A stretch of DNA of 59,305 bases, filler included, from Sphacelaria rigidula (Eukaryota), in assembly GCA_964200075.2 (NCBI GenBank). It is 5 parts of 5 records of this genome, joined end to end, with 100 filler letters (N's around TTAATTAATTAA, not from the genome) between each part and the next. Parts side by side here need not be neighbours in the genome. Positions count along the whole stretch, not along the records: positions 1 to 11,783 come from CAXNAA020004510.1; positions 11,884 to 23,665 come from CAXNAA020004511.1; 3 more parts are not named here. One strand, given 5' to 3'. The notes below the pieces were generated by a model. The model had not been told where the DNA came from. It searched no databases and saw nothing but the letters and a program-made list of their open reading frames with translations. The position numbers and the translations under genes are program-made. This document shows positions 1-12,457 of the stretch, in pieces (positions within the stretch are counted from its first letter, which is position 1; each line of letters begins with the position of its first letter).

Positions 1-1747
1 AGGCGAGCCTACGTCTGTGACCACGGGTTCGCGAGATCGGACTAATGTGCGGAAATAATAATAAATAATAATAATCGCGCGGTTGATACTGCGTACTCGT
101 GATATATATTCACAACAACAATCTGTACTAGACTCTACAATACCATGCGGGACAGTGCGCTATACCGTGCTTATACGTGCGGCGCCATGTACTGCAGATG
201 GCTGCAGCTTATTTTGATATATGGGGGTGTTATATACCGTCAGGAACTCCAGTATTACACGCGCGTCCCACAGCATATGCGCACAGCTGCTGCAGCACAG
301 TAAGTAGGGCGTGAAAGGGAAGGCGGGGGAAAGTACAATACAGACAACGCAGGACAACGTATATATATATATATATATGTTCTCTACCTACAGTGCGACG
401 TGAAAAGGACTTGAACAACGTGCAGCATATCGTATGGCCTGTATGCTGCACTATGTTATCGGTGCGTCCAGCATGCATATGGTGAGTGTGTATGCATAAT
501 AGGCGGCCGGTTGATTGTTCCTCGCACCCGCCTACACCCCGCGTATGTCGTCGCCGCGCGATATCGCGACCACAAAAGAAGATTCTCAAGTTTTTCACCA
601 ACAAGAAATACATCATATCCACCCACGGCAGTGTGTATGTGTCTATATCCCTGTGCCCAACCCGTGCTCTTTTCTGCAGGGTTATGGTGGTATCTGGGAA
701 TGATACCGTTGTGTGGGCGGGTGTGCATTGATGTTCGATTTGTGAACAGCCGGTCGGTGATATATACGGAGCAGATATCTTCGGGTGATGGTCTATATAC
801 TATTAATATACGATTGATGAAGTGACTTTTTCTAAACATGGTTCGTGTTGGTAGACACTGGAATACGGTTTTTTTGTGAAGAACGTGGATTGATGGGCGA
901 GGTATACCCCGTTCACCCAGCATCTTATCACACCTACCAGGTGGTTCGCTTGAAGCACAGTTGTGGACATACACACGTATCCAATGTGTGGGATCTCTAT
1001 TCAGCGAAAGCTGTTGATGGTATTAATCCTTTAGCCCATGTATACATGGACTGGGGGGCAAAATGATGAATACCTTCCAACAAGTTTTTCTGCGTGTCGG
1101 ATGCCATGTGCTGGTAACGATGCACTATGCGGGATATGCCCAGCTGACGCTGCTCGCAATAAATCTCTTTTCCCCCGATCTCCGGATGAATTGGAGGGCA
1201 AAGTGAAGATTTATTTCGCGCTTCGTCTGCTGTACAAATTCCAAATTTGCCAGTGTGCGTGGGATTTGCGCAGCAGAAGAAGCGGTTCGAAAGAGATCCT
1301 TTTTTTGCCGAAATAAATTGGACGAGAAAAGGATCTGTTTTGAATAGCTTGGACTGCTGTCCAAAATAATTTTTTTTTTGCCCGATTCAAATCGGGTGAA
1401 CAGCAATTTACCTCGGACAGGAGGACAAGCTATTGAAAATATATAAATTCACAGATTTTGTACCAAAATATTTGGAATTAAAAAAAAAAACATCAGGGTT
1501 TTTGTGATGGTAAATGACCGAGTGCGTGAATTAAACTAGTTATTTGAGGTTTGCTGATGGTCCCCAGAAACGACCGGCGGGTATGAAAATATTCTAGTCA
1601 GATGTGTGCTTGTGTACGAGAGAAAGTAGATTGTTGAAGCCTTGATTCAGTTCCCTAGTCGGATAAGGTCTGTGCCCGATTAGCCGCGTGTACCCGCTGC
1701 TACTACAGCTTTGATTGGCTACAGCATGGCGCGTCGTGCTGGTTTTG

Positions 1748-2425
1748 TATTATGACAAGGTTGTCAGCGAGGAAGGAGGACGTGGTGGTAAAACAGCGAC
1801 CCGAGCTGCTGCTACCTACCTTCTTCACTCGACCCACCGACCAGTCTGCAGGCATCAATTGGATATAAGAAGAAGAGCTCTTTCACCCATCACCTACCAC
1901 CATCGGTCTCTCCTGTCTTGAGTGTCGCGAGCCCACAGCCTTGACGTGAGTCTTTAGCTGTGCTGTACTATCCCCCTTATCCACGATTCTTATTTGTATT
2001 CAGGCTTTGGGCTGGTGATTCTTCCCATACAGCTGGTTGATTGAAAGAGAAAGGACCCTCAGTTTGATATTTCGAGCCGAACGGAGGATCAGCTGGTCAC
2101 ATTCTCATCTATCTTGGGGTGTGGCTTGCTTGTTAGTGCTTACCGTCACACTTATGAGGCTTCAGAGGTTGCTCGTTTCATTCAAGTTGTAGGGTTTTCT
2201 CTTTTGTCGGCCGCTGTTCACGCATCGGTCAAACACAAACTCACGTTTGTTTGTTTGTTTTTCAAGTCCTGTATTTTCGGCCTTTGATTTTCACTTGATA
2301 TTTGTATACACCATTTATCGGGTGATCAGCTGTTTCTTTTTTCAAAGGTAGCTGCCTCCTTTTTCACTTAGAGTTGACGACCCCTCCGACTCTGGTCTAG
2401 CTTTAGGTCTTCGATGTGTCATACA
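1748..2425 (+). repeat. Possible 5' LTR of the Gypsy element
   Basis: Ends are short inverted repeats (TATTATGACA ... TGTCATACA) upstream of the gag-like region. No 3' LTR is present for comparison and no clear PBS was found. Confidence 0.3.
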
Positions 2426-3899
2426 GTATCCACGCTGGTTTTAGGCAATCGCGACCGGACCATTAGGCGCTTGAAGTACACGTACACGCGATCTGAACTG
2501 CTGTTTCTCTTTTTCACCCACGGGTGGTTCTCGGAAAATACAGCCTCTCCCACGTTCGTTGTTCACATACGCCCTCACGGGCCCGTAGCTTTTTCAACAC
2601 CCCCCGACCACCTGCTCCGCCAGTGCCCCCGCGCACCGCTTGCCAACTCTGTATCAATCGTACCAGCCGACATGTGTCCCACCACACGCCCATTCATGCT
2701 TGCAGGTAGGGAGCACGCGGGCTATTTCAATCGCCGCCCGCTGCGCAGACGATTTTTCTCTCCCAAACATGGAACGTTGAGCTCACCATGTACACCGAAT
2801 TATATCGATGCAACATGATGGGCCAGGACTAAGAATGTTGTCTGTACACGAGCATAATTGAACACGGCGAGACACGAGGCTCATGCTACTTGTACACAAG
2901 CTCTCGACTCTGTACTTTTGTCACTTTTACACGGCACCAGTGTACACTACAGTTTGATTGTCTCCCCACCAACATAACCACTGCAGTACGTACCAACCGC
3001 CCAGAATGCCGCGTACCTCCTGCGTTGAAATATTGTTCTGAATTGAAGTACTGTCCACAGTACGGTGCCTTTTGCATTACAAGTGATCTCAGCGGACAAT
3101 ATGTTTGCGGACGGTGAGGTGCCGTGCTGTATCATGCGTTGGTACTACTCCCCTACCTAAACAAAGCCATCTATATTGCAATCTCGATATGATCGCGCAT
3201 GGCGCGGGTATAACGTTGTGTCGGGTTTTCTTCATGGGATCCGAACAAATTGACAATCGCACTGCACTGTCGACCACGCCCGCTGCACCACCACGCGAAG
3301 ATCATATGTACGGTACTATGCCACACAGTATTTTGCTGTCTGGTGCTTTGTACGCTGCTGTTTGTACTGCACTACATATTTGTATTACGGTTGCGCTTGT
3401 ACATTTCTTGACTGTGTACCTGCACGATGATACGTGATCGAACCCCCGACTCGACTATTTTCAGCGAACTATGCGGTACTGTAATAAGTATCGCCAGCTG
3501 CGCTGGTATTGCCTCTGGAAACACGGCATCCGGCAGTTGTTTTTTTTCTCAACCTCAAGATGTTCTCAAAACAGAACTGGACGGTTTAATGTTGCTATTG
3601 CACTGTTGACAGTCACACCTTTCTCTTCATGGGGTGCAGGTTCGTCAAAGGCGCTGTTGCGGTGTTGACAGTCACTGTATGTCTGATTGTGACAACGGTC
3701 GTTTTCTTCTTGTCTCTTTGCTGTTACAGTTTATCCACCACACACACAAATACTGGTTGTCGTGTGCCTTCGACATTTGTTTTTCCGTTCGTCTGCACCT
3801 GATTGAAAAGGTGTTAGACCACATGCATGTGCGGAGTGCGCGGAACTACGTGTCGATTGAGACTGTCGACAGTACCCCGCCACTCTTTTTGTTAAATTT

Positions 3900-5320
3900 C
3901 TGTTCACGCCGCCTCAGTCCTCAACAACTGTGCTCAATTCCACGACGGAACGTTCACTTTTCAACCCCTGCATCTCTACGTTACCGGTCTGGCGCAATTG
4001 CGCAGGTGTCTGATATCAACCGCCCTTCGACTTCATCGGAGCACGATGTCGCGAAGGACGGTGCGCTCCTTACAGACAGTGGTAAAACAACTGTACGGTC
4101 GCCCATGCGTAATGAGACGGTTGCCAACAACAATCCGGAACGTTTCGATGCCGATAATAGCGTTCTTGCAGGGCACATTTCCAGGGGTGTGGCTGAAAAT
4201 TTCGATGAGGACCGTAGTTCTCCTCCCCATGCTCACCCCCCCTCCCTTAGTGAACATACCACTACATACCAAGCAGCCACCCAAAGCGCTGACGGTATTC
4301 CCACTCTTCTTTCTCAGATGACATCTCTCCACGTGAGCCCTGATGCTACGAAAATCTTCCCTGACGATGACCTCCGCACCCAAACCGGTGCTGAACCCTC
4401 TGATCGCCTCACTCTGGCTTTGATACGCCGCCCAAATTGGAACAATCCCTGCCCACGCGTGACGAAACACTCGACTGGCTTCGGCAAAAGCGTCCAGCCT
4501 TCATTCCCCCGCGCCATTGGTACAACGTTTCAGTGACTGAACAAACAGCGTGCTGGGATCAGATTCGCAGCAACGATCTAGCACAAATTGAACTTGAGCA
4601 CAGAGAGTTGGAATCCGCCCGCATACAGGTATCTACAAGAGTGCAGGAGCCCGCTCAGGCCTCCCATAATGGAGATGTCCACCCCGAGAAAAAGCCAACG
4701 GAACAGAATGAACTAGATCGCGCGATACGCGTTTCCACGAAGGCTCTGGAAATTGCGGAGCAAGAATATAAGCTGTTGACAAAAAGACACCTGGAAGCTT
4801 CGCGTCATTTTGTACTATGTTGGCAAGTCTGGCAATCACAACTGCATTCGTACTGTCGCCTGCTCCGCCCCAGAAGCGACAACTGATTCACCGCCTGGCC
4901 CACCTGACCTGGCCCACTTTCAACCACATGCACCGGCCCATTCACAAAACGGTAGACGTTTACACATGAGTGGACCTAGTGCCGCGGCTGAACCCCGCCA
5001 GGGCCGTACCCACACAGCACTGATGCTCACCTCACAACTTGACAACCTTTTGGGAACGTTCTACAAGTTCCGGAGATTCCAAATAGCATACAGTGGGGTA
5101 ACTCAGGACGCGTTGCTTAGCCCAAAACCTAAGCGCCGCCACCTGCCTGTTTATTATCTACTTCTGTAGTTCATTTATCATTAGTTGGTACAATCCCACA
5201 ATTAGAAATAACAATGACCGGTAATTCACCGCAGAATTATCCACCAATTTTATGTCAACTATTGTTTTTCGCTCGGCCAGGTCACAAACATCACACACGT
5301 GAATCAACGGCGGTCACCGC
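3900..5320 (+). pseudogene. Decayed gag-like region with coiled-coil segment and degenerate CCHC knuckle
   Basis: ORF fragments 3634-4536 and 4437-4886 (helical, LAQIELEHRELE). CQLL..ARPGH at ~5250-5290 resembles a disrupted zinc knuckle. Lies upstream of pol. Confidence 0.45.
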
Positions 5321-6219
5321 GGGTTCCCCCATGTGGTGTGGGTTCCTTGGATATGCTGACACTGCCTGGAAGGGTCCCAAGACAGTCGAAGCCCGTGCAC
5401 CGTTGCATGGCTATCAATTGAGCAGTGACCAAACCCAACGTTTTAATCCTGGATTTGATCACCCAGTTTTACATCCACCAGGTGCTAATCATATTCAATC
5501 GAATCCCCTCCCTTCGAAGGAGAGGAAGTCACGTAGTACAGTTTCTAATGCATCAGGAGCCGAACTATCTTCTGGTACGGTAGACACTGTCTCTCCGACC
5601 GTCCATCGGAGAACACAAAATTCAAAGCTACACACTCAAGCACCCCCCAACTGCTCAAGTGCCCGGCTAACCACCCTACCGAGCTCCGCAAAAACTACGG
5701 TACCCGGTTTCCTTTTATTTGATGAGCGTAATTATGCCTTGAAGGGTCGCAACCGCAAAGAACCCATGCTTTACGTCGCTCAGCGGGTTGGAATGGAACC
5801 CCAAGTGACAGCGACTCAAGTGGTGCGCCAAGAGCGTGACCTAGGTTCGACTGTCCGAGAACTCATTTCAATAGCTCCTGGAGCCGCCGACCCTTTCGTG
5901 CGCTACATGCGTCACCAGAGGCGGGCTCCTCCAGATGATCATGTAGATAACCCTGATGTAGCAAGCGCACGTGAACTCCAAGGAGGAGATTGCGTGTGGG
6001 CTCCGACAGATAAAAACCTTGGAGTGGAACAGGCCGGTACTCTCAAAATTTCGAACATATCGTTACTGCTCCCTGACCACTTCCCGTGCACTGCGTTAGA
6101 ACCCATTTCCGATAAAACGTTACCGTCTGTAGGGACAGAGACTTCGCCGACTCATGGACGTTCGCATCCTCGTGAAGGCATGTCAATCGTCTGTTCGTCA
6201 CGAGGCAAACAAAGTGTTA

Positions 6220-6480
6220 CCCACGACGACTCGTCTCCTAACTCGCCCACGTTGGCCCCTTAAACAGACGCCGGGTTGAACAGTACAGCTTTACCAACCC
6301 CGCGTCCTGACGAATCGTCTCCGAAACCTCCCATGTTGGCCCTAACTAGTGATGGTATTGAGTCGATTGGCATATCAAACTCAACACCGCTCCCCGATGA
6401 ATCGTCCCCCATTCTGACCAAGCTGGATAATGTAATTGATCTCGCTTTGCACAACGACGATTCGCCCCTTCTGTTGGCCA
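6220..6480 (+). repeat. Degenerate coding tandem repeat (DDSSP/DESSP units) between gag and protease
   Basis: Four related units near 6223, 6307, 6395 and 6455. Confidence 0.6.
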
Positions 6481-6779
6481 AAAAGGGCGAAACACCACGC
6501 ACAGATCAGTTGTCGGGTCTAACCATGACAACTGCCCTTCCCCGGCATCGCCCCTCCGTTGCTGTATATGAGATCCAACCCTCGACTGATGAAACAAATA
6601 TTCCAGGCACAAACACTGACACTCCATGCACGCACCATCCTTCCGACCAAAAGCTTGTCCCACAGGATCATCAACGGGTGTATTTTAGCACCTTCGTTCA
6701 AAATGCAAAGTAGGATGTGTCAAATGCCTTACCCGAATTCGGGCCCGATCTCGTCAGTGGTACTGCAACTATGGATGAT

Positions 6780-7130
6780 GCTTCTTGTACGACCAAAATA
6801 GGTTTACTAGTGGAGCGCGTGCAAACTGTCATTTGATAACTCTTGCACTACCAGACTCTGGTTCACTCAAACGTTCATTACAGCCAGCTGCTGGCAACAG
6901 ATGATCAACGCGGGTGCGACGAGCATTGTCTGTCCACCGTGCGCCCTCGTGGTTTTGGTGGGTTTGGTTCCTCCACATTTCTTACGGTCAATCAATCGGT
7001 GAGACTAAGTGTACAACTCTACCAGGATGCTACTCCCACTGCTCGGTTGTCCGTATGGGCATTAATTGTGCCCGACGGCTCCATGTCTTTTTAAGTTTTG
7101 TTGGGTCGAGATAGCTGGCTTCGTTTTTCC
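6780..7130 (+). pseudogene. Decayed retroviral-type aspartic protease
   Basis: PRGFGGFG flap-like segment and C-terminal VLLGRD motif, in the RT reading frame with an in-frame TAA at 7092-7094. The catalytic DxG region is disrupted. Confidence 0.65.
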
Positions 7131-7724
7131 ACACAGACGTATACGACGGACACACCTGTCCCGAACCGTCCAGTCATAGGCAAACTGTCACTGGGTCACT
7201 TCGACACTGATTCGGGAGCTCATGCTTATGAGGATGACCCCACGCAAACAGATAATGCTTTCCGTCTGTACTATGTTGTTGAACCGGTAGTCTCGCTTTC
7301 TCGTGAACCTCAACTTATCCAAGTAAACCTCATGAGACGCAATGGATCGCCCGCCCTCACAGGACATTATTTGGTCGAATTGCTCAAACCTGACCAAGCA
7401 CAGGTTGGTCTGTTTGAACAGACCGAAGTCTTTGTCCACGAAGGTAGGCAGGTCATTTACTTATCGTCCCCTGCATGTTTCGATATACTCAACGGTCAGT
7501 TGTTGGGTCATGCTCAGGCGCCTGTCATACGAACCGCCCTGTCAGATGTGTGCCCCCCTGCGGACAATAACTCGCCGACCGACCCCCCGAAATCCACGCC
7601 CCCCCCTCCGCTACACATGCCTGATCCCATGGTGGTGACAAATCCACCAGATGCGCCTGAACATTAGCCCCCAACTGCATTACTGGATAGATTTTCCCCA
7701 GAACAACGCTCCAGTTTTCAAAAG

Positions 7725-8600
7725 TTGTGGGATGACATTCCCCCTCACTTACGGCATATTGTTTTTGATCTATCTGGCGATGGTTGGACACCCAGTGTAA
7801 TCGATAGATTGAGATCCAGCTTGATTAGATACTCTGAACGGTTTTCTACTGCACCCTTGGATTTAGGTCGATGTACGACGACACCGTTCAAGATCAAGAT
7901 TCTTGATGGCACTCCGCCTATCGCTATGCGTCCGTACCGTACGAACCCCCCCTTAGCGGATAAGATCCAGGTAATTCTCGATGGTTACTTATCCGCCGGT
8001 TTAATTCGGCACTCGACGTCTCCGTGGGCCTCGCCTTTAGTAGTCGTCCGTAAGAAAAATGGCAAAATCAGACTGACGGTCAATCATAAACGATTGAACG
8101 CTGTCACCAAAATCGCCCGGCTGCCACTTCCACGGATTGATGAAATTATTGACTCTCTTGGCGGGGGTAAGGTATTTTCGAACTTTGATATGCAGTCTGG
8201 CTATCACCAGCTCGTGGTGGATCCAAATTCCATTGAACTGACAGCGTTCTGCACGCCATCAGGCTTGTACGAGTGGCTGGTTACACTACAAGGTGCCGCC
8301 GGAGCTCCAGGTGCGTTTCAACGTGTAATGTTCCGTGTAATGGATGGATTGCCTAAATGCCATATGTACCTTGATGATGGGGTGTGCCACGACTCCACAC
8401 CGGCTGAACACGTCGAACAGTTGGCATCATTCTTTAATCGGTTTGAACAACACAACTTGAAACTCGCCTCCTCCAAATCCCCCATTGGCGCCACGAAGAT
8501 TGAGTTCTTGGGTCATTGAATCACCCCCGAAGGTCGTAGCCCAAACCTCGACAAGGTCGCCGCACTCTCCGATATGCCCATGCCACGGGACACTTCTCAA
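7725..8600 (+). pseudogene. Reverse transcriptase domain (Ty3/Gypsy pol), premature stop at 8517-8519
   Basis: Motifs SPWASPLVVVRKKNG, LPRIDEI, FDMQSGYHQ, TAFCTPSGLYEW, YLDD and FLGH. The frame continues past the TGA as ITPEGRSPNLDKV. Confidence 0.95.
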
Positions 8601-9145
8601 CTGCGTTCCTTGTTGGGAGGTCTAAGCTACTACAGACAGTACTTGCCAAACCTTGCCCAAAAGCTAAAACCCGTCACCACCCTCCTAAAAAAAGGAGTGA
8701 AATTTGTGTTCACATTGGAAATGGAAAAAACCGTCCGCCGTCTTTTTGAAACCCTTTCGCTCCCGCCAATTCTCGTCTTTCCCGACTGGTCGGCCGCGGA
8801 GCAGGGTTCCCGCCCTTTCCGACTACACACAGATTCTTCCAAAAATGGGTTTGGCTGCACATTAGAACAGGAGCAAGCCGATGCTACGGTTCGTCCCACT
8901 GTCTATCTGAGTCGCACCACTTTTCCGAATGAAAAGAATTGGTCTGTCATGGAACTAGAGATCGGCGCAGTTGTATGGAGCGTGCGACGTCTGCACCGAT
9001 CACAACTCTTTGGAAAGCCTTGCCAAAATGGCGGAACACAACGCTAGGGTCCAACGTTGGTTCGAAATCCTGTCTTCTTACAACTTTCAACTGAATTACC
9101 GCACAGGTCCCCAGAATGCAAACGCCGGCTTTCTGTCACGCTTGC
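8601..9145 (+). pseudogene. Connection and RNase H domain (Gypsy pol), frameshifted near 8990
   Basis: LRSLLGGLSYYR, LHTDSSKNGFGCTLEQ, NWSVMELEIGAVVW; then in another frame TDHNSL..RVQRW..Y.F...YRTG..NANAGFLSR. Confidence 0.92.
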
Positions 9146-9824
9146 CCACACCAGCTCAACCTATCGATGAATCCCCCATGGGACGTGTCACCGATCGCAC
9201 CGAAGACATTGTATATTTCATAAGCAGGAGTGGACATAGAGGTCTCTACACACCACTTTCACTGAGAGAAACGCCGGCTTTAGGCATGGGTGGGCTGACG
9301 ACCACAGCCCACGCATCAGTTCTAGGCAGCTTGCAACCTCAATAGTTGTTTGGAATGGACTGTATACGAATCCGGTGAGCTATACTCATTTTCGTGCAAC
9401 TGGCCAGAGCATGGTTTTCGCAGCAGGTGTAGAACCATCCTTTGCTGACTCCGTCTTACCAGTTCAAGTTCGAGATTTGATTTCGAGTAGGACTCGTGGA
9501 CGGCGAACCGCCGAAACGGCCACCAAATTAGCCGTATCTGGTCCTGACCTTCCCCTCCCTGCCCCCACCCCGGTCCCCGATAGTTTCCTTGTGCCTCCTC
9601 AACCTCCACGACACAAGGTCCCCAGAAAATCGACCCCGACCGTGCCGCCCCTGCCAACCATAACCGAAACCACGACTGTGCCCCCCTCCCTTGGTGATGA
9701 TATTGCAAACACCACCACAACACCGTCCACGCTAACCGACGCAGGAGTAGACGCTAACGTTCCGTCTGAGAGTACACCAACTGGTAGGCTCACCCTTGAT
9801 TCCGAAATCACCGCTTCGTACCAA

Positions 9825-10117
9825 CACGGGTGGCCACTGGGGTCTGTAACCTGGCCATTTTGGGACCTTATCCACCTTTGGCAAGGTCCGCGGATTGGGT
9901 AGACAACTGAAGAGCATTCGCACAGCATGGACAGGTTTGGAACAAAGCATGTTCCAGTCTACAGGGGAGTCACCCGCCTATAGACTGGGACATGTTTTGT
10001 TTCGATCCTGTCCATGCTGTACGAATGCTCCTCAGTTGTCTACCCAACCCGCGGACCTTGCCAAAGGTGGATAAGGTCCCAAAATGACCAGGTTACAGAC
10101 CCCAGTGGCCACCCGTG
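9825..10117. mobile_element. 293-bp fold-back MITE-like insertion (CAC...GTG termini, AA target-site duplication)
   Basis: Arms of ~140 bp are near-perfect reverse complements (CACGGGTGGCCACTGGGGTCTGTAACC ... GGTTACAGACCCCAGTGGCCACCCGTG). AA lies at 9823-9824 and 10118-10119. Excision restores the pol frame. Confidence 0.9.
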
Positions 10118-10479
10118 AACCCTGCCCCGAACCGACCCAACACGAAGTCGATGCTTCAACAGATGGTGTATTCAAGGAACGTTTGACTCTCTTCTCCCAC
10201 GCCGATTGGGCCCGGGAACAAGAGGCAGAACCTACTTGTAAATCAGCTATTCATTATCTATCTGAAGGTTGCCCATGTCCATTCTCAGAAACCAAATTCC
10301 TTTTGCCAGTCGGGAATCTCAAAGCGCCCACACAGGATGAAGTTACTGAACTTTTAAGGAAATGTATGCTACATACGGATGATGATGGTATAGTTCTGTT
10401 AGTTCGCCGGCCCACAGCAGCCCTCCCCAGGGGGAAGCCTACATGTCGACATGCCCGCTTGCTAGGTGATGAACCCATC

Positions 10480-11700
10480 CGCATCTATGTCCCGATGCTC
10501 CTGCGCCCATGGGTTCTACGCGAATGCCATTCACAGGCATCGACTCATTCAGGCGCCATTAGGACCTCCCAGATGTTGGAACGTTTTTATTGGTGGATTT
10601 GTATGGATCAGTGTTGTCGCTGGTGGGTGAGGCGTTGTCTTTTGTGTCAGGCGCGAAAAACTTCTCGTCAAACAGTTCGTTGGCCGATTGTTTCCATGCC
10701 ACTCCCAAACGGGTCTGGTGAAGTAGTTTCGTGGGACTATTTTGGTCCTTTGCCCCTGACGGATAGTGGGAATAAGTATATTTTGTTGTTCACGGATAGA
10801 TTTAGTCAACATGCGGTGATGCACGCTGTCCCCGCTAGTAGCTATAACGTGGAAGGTACACCCAACATTCTTGTCTACATGTACATCCCACAGTGGGGTG
10901 TGCCCAAACGCTTACTGTCTAACAACGGCCCGCATTTTTCAGGCAAACTTTCAGCCGCCGTCAGTGACCTTTGGGTGCCCATCGCATTTTTGCTAGTTCA
11001 TATCACCCTTCCACCAATGGTGGAACGCAACGAGTGAACCATACGATGGCACAGATGCTTGCTGCTGGAGCAAATGAGAGACAGATGGACTGGGACCTAC
11101 ACCTGCCCCTTGTCCAAATGAACTACAACAATTCTGTCAACGCCGCTATGGGATTGTCGCCGAATCAAATTCATATTGGACGCATGCCTAGGTTACCTCT
11201 AACGGTATTCGAACGCAAAAATACAGGCGGACATCAGAGTCTAGATCGTGATGTTGTAGAGTATCATTTATCGGTTAGCAGTCGCCTTCGTCTTGCATAT
11301 GAAGTGGTACGAGAACAGGACCAAATCAATTTGGCCAAGGTGGCCAGGGCGAACTCGATGTTGGATGATGTGGTACATAACCGCCCGGTGTGGAAGTTAA
11401 TCCAATGGGCATGGGTGTATAACGATGTGAAGACCATCAATCAAGGGGCTAGCTCGAAATCATCATCTTTGGACAAAGTGTTGAAGGCGAAACTATCCCT
11501 GAATTGGACTGGTCCCTGGGAAATTTTAGCTGTTGGTCCAAGCGCTACGCACCCGACAAGAATCCTGTGGCAGCGACACTTTTGTAACTAGATTTTCCCA
11601 CGGATGAACCTGGTTTGAAACCGAAAAATCGCGTCTCGATGCTACGATGCAAACCGTGTATCTCCCGTCATGACTCCTCTGACATGCCCAAACAACTGCC
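10480..11700 (+). pseudogene. Integrase (H2C2 zinc finger, DDE core, C-terminal region), inactivated
   Basis: CH..STHSG and CLLCQARK zinc finger, WDYFGP, TDRFS. LSNNG has N where the catalytic D is expected. YHPSTNGGTQRVN has Q where the catalytic E is expected. Frameshift near 10970; NWTGPW (GPY/F-like) motif follows. Confidence 0.92.
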
Positions 11701-11783
11701 GCTAGGGCTCAGCCAGTATATAACAGCCGATCCTAATTTTTGGGGTTGAAACAAAATATGAGGTTGAAGTCCCATCCCTCCAT

Positions 11784-11883
11784 NNNNNNNNNNNNNNNNN
11801 NNNNNNNNNNNNNNNNNNNNNNNNNNNTTAATTAATTAANNNNNNNNNNNNNNNNNNNNNNNNNNNNNNNNNNNNNNNNNNNN
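11784..11883. other. Artificial contig-joining spacer (N44-TTAATTAATTAA-N44)
   Basis: Exactly 100 bp, with a 12-mer giving stops in all six frames; identical at four positions. Confidence 0.98.
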
Positions 11884-12457
11884 CACGAGTTGACTCACTG
11901 TATTAAAACCAAGTAATTTTCAGACGAATCATTATTTGTCCGACCCTTGGTTGTTTGTCAGTTGTCTTGCATTGGTCCCCGCGGCACGAGTTATCACCTG
12001 AGCGAACCGCAGGTTTGGCTATAAGGGGCCTTATTACATATGCACGCGTGGTCAAGTGAAAAACGGACCATCCTTATGATTCTTCGGTATGCGATCGTCC
12101 CGACAGACAGTGCTCTGAGCTCTACGGCAACTTTTTGTACTCCGTGCCGCTACGTTCATCGTGCACATACATGCTTATGCCCAGTCTCCTGCGTTGACTC
12201 CGAGACAACGCTGCAGCTCGACCGCACTGTCGCTGGAATGGGCCTTGTTGGCTGCATTGATGATTAAATACAGATATAGAAGTATATCGCCAAGTAGAGA
12301 TAAATACCGTCCTCTACAATCAACCATTCTCAGGTACCGCCATGCATATATCATACAAGTGCGAATACATACGTCAATGTTCATGTCCCTTGCTCCCGCT
12401 TGGATTCTGACCACACTGGCGGAATACCCCTCTTTGCATGCGACATTACGAAACCAG

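Larger units (their letters stand above)
1748..11730 (+). mobile_element. Degenerate Ty3/Gypsy LTR retrotransposon, 3' end truncated near the contig end
   Basis: Domain order gag-like, protease, RT, RNase H, integrase is the Gypsy order. Multiple in-frame stops and frameshifts. The 5' boundary is approximate. Confidence 0.9.

Noticed and set aside
160-1406. Short overlapping ORFs upstream of the Gypsy element
   Set aside because: No recognisable motifs or consistent splice structure.
8517-8519. Programmed stop readthrough in pol
   Set aside because: Several other stops, frameshifts and mutated integrase catalytic residues indicate neutral decay.
11828-11839. TTAATTAATTAA as a biological motif
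   Set aside because: It is an assembly linker embedded in Ns.
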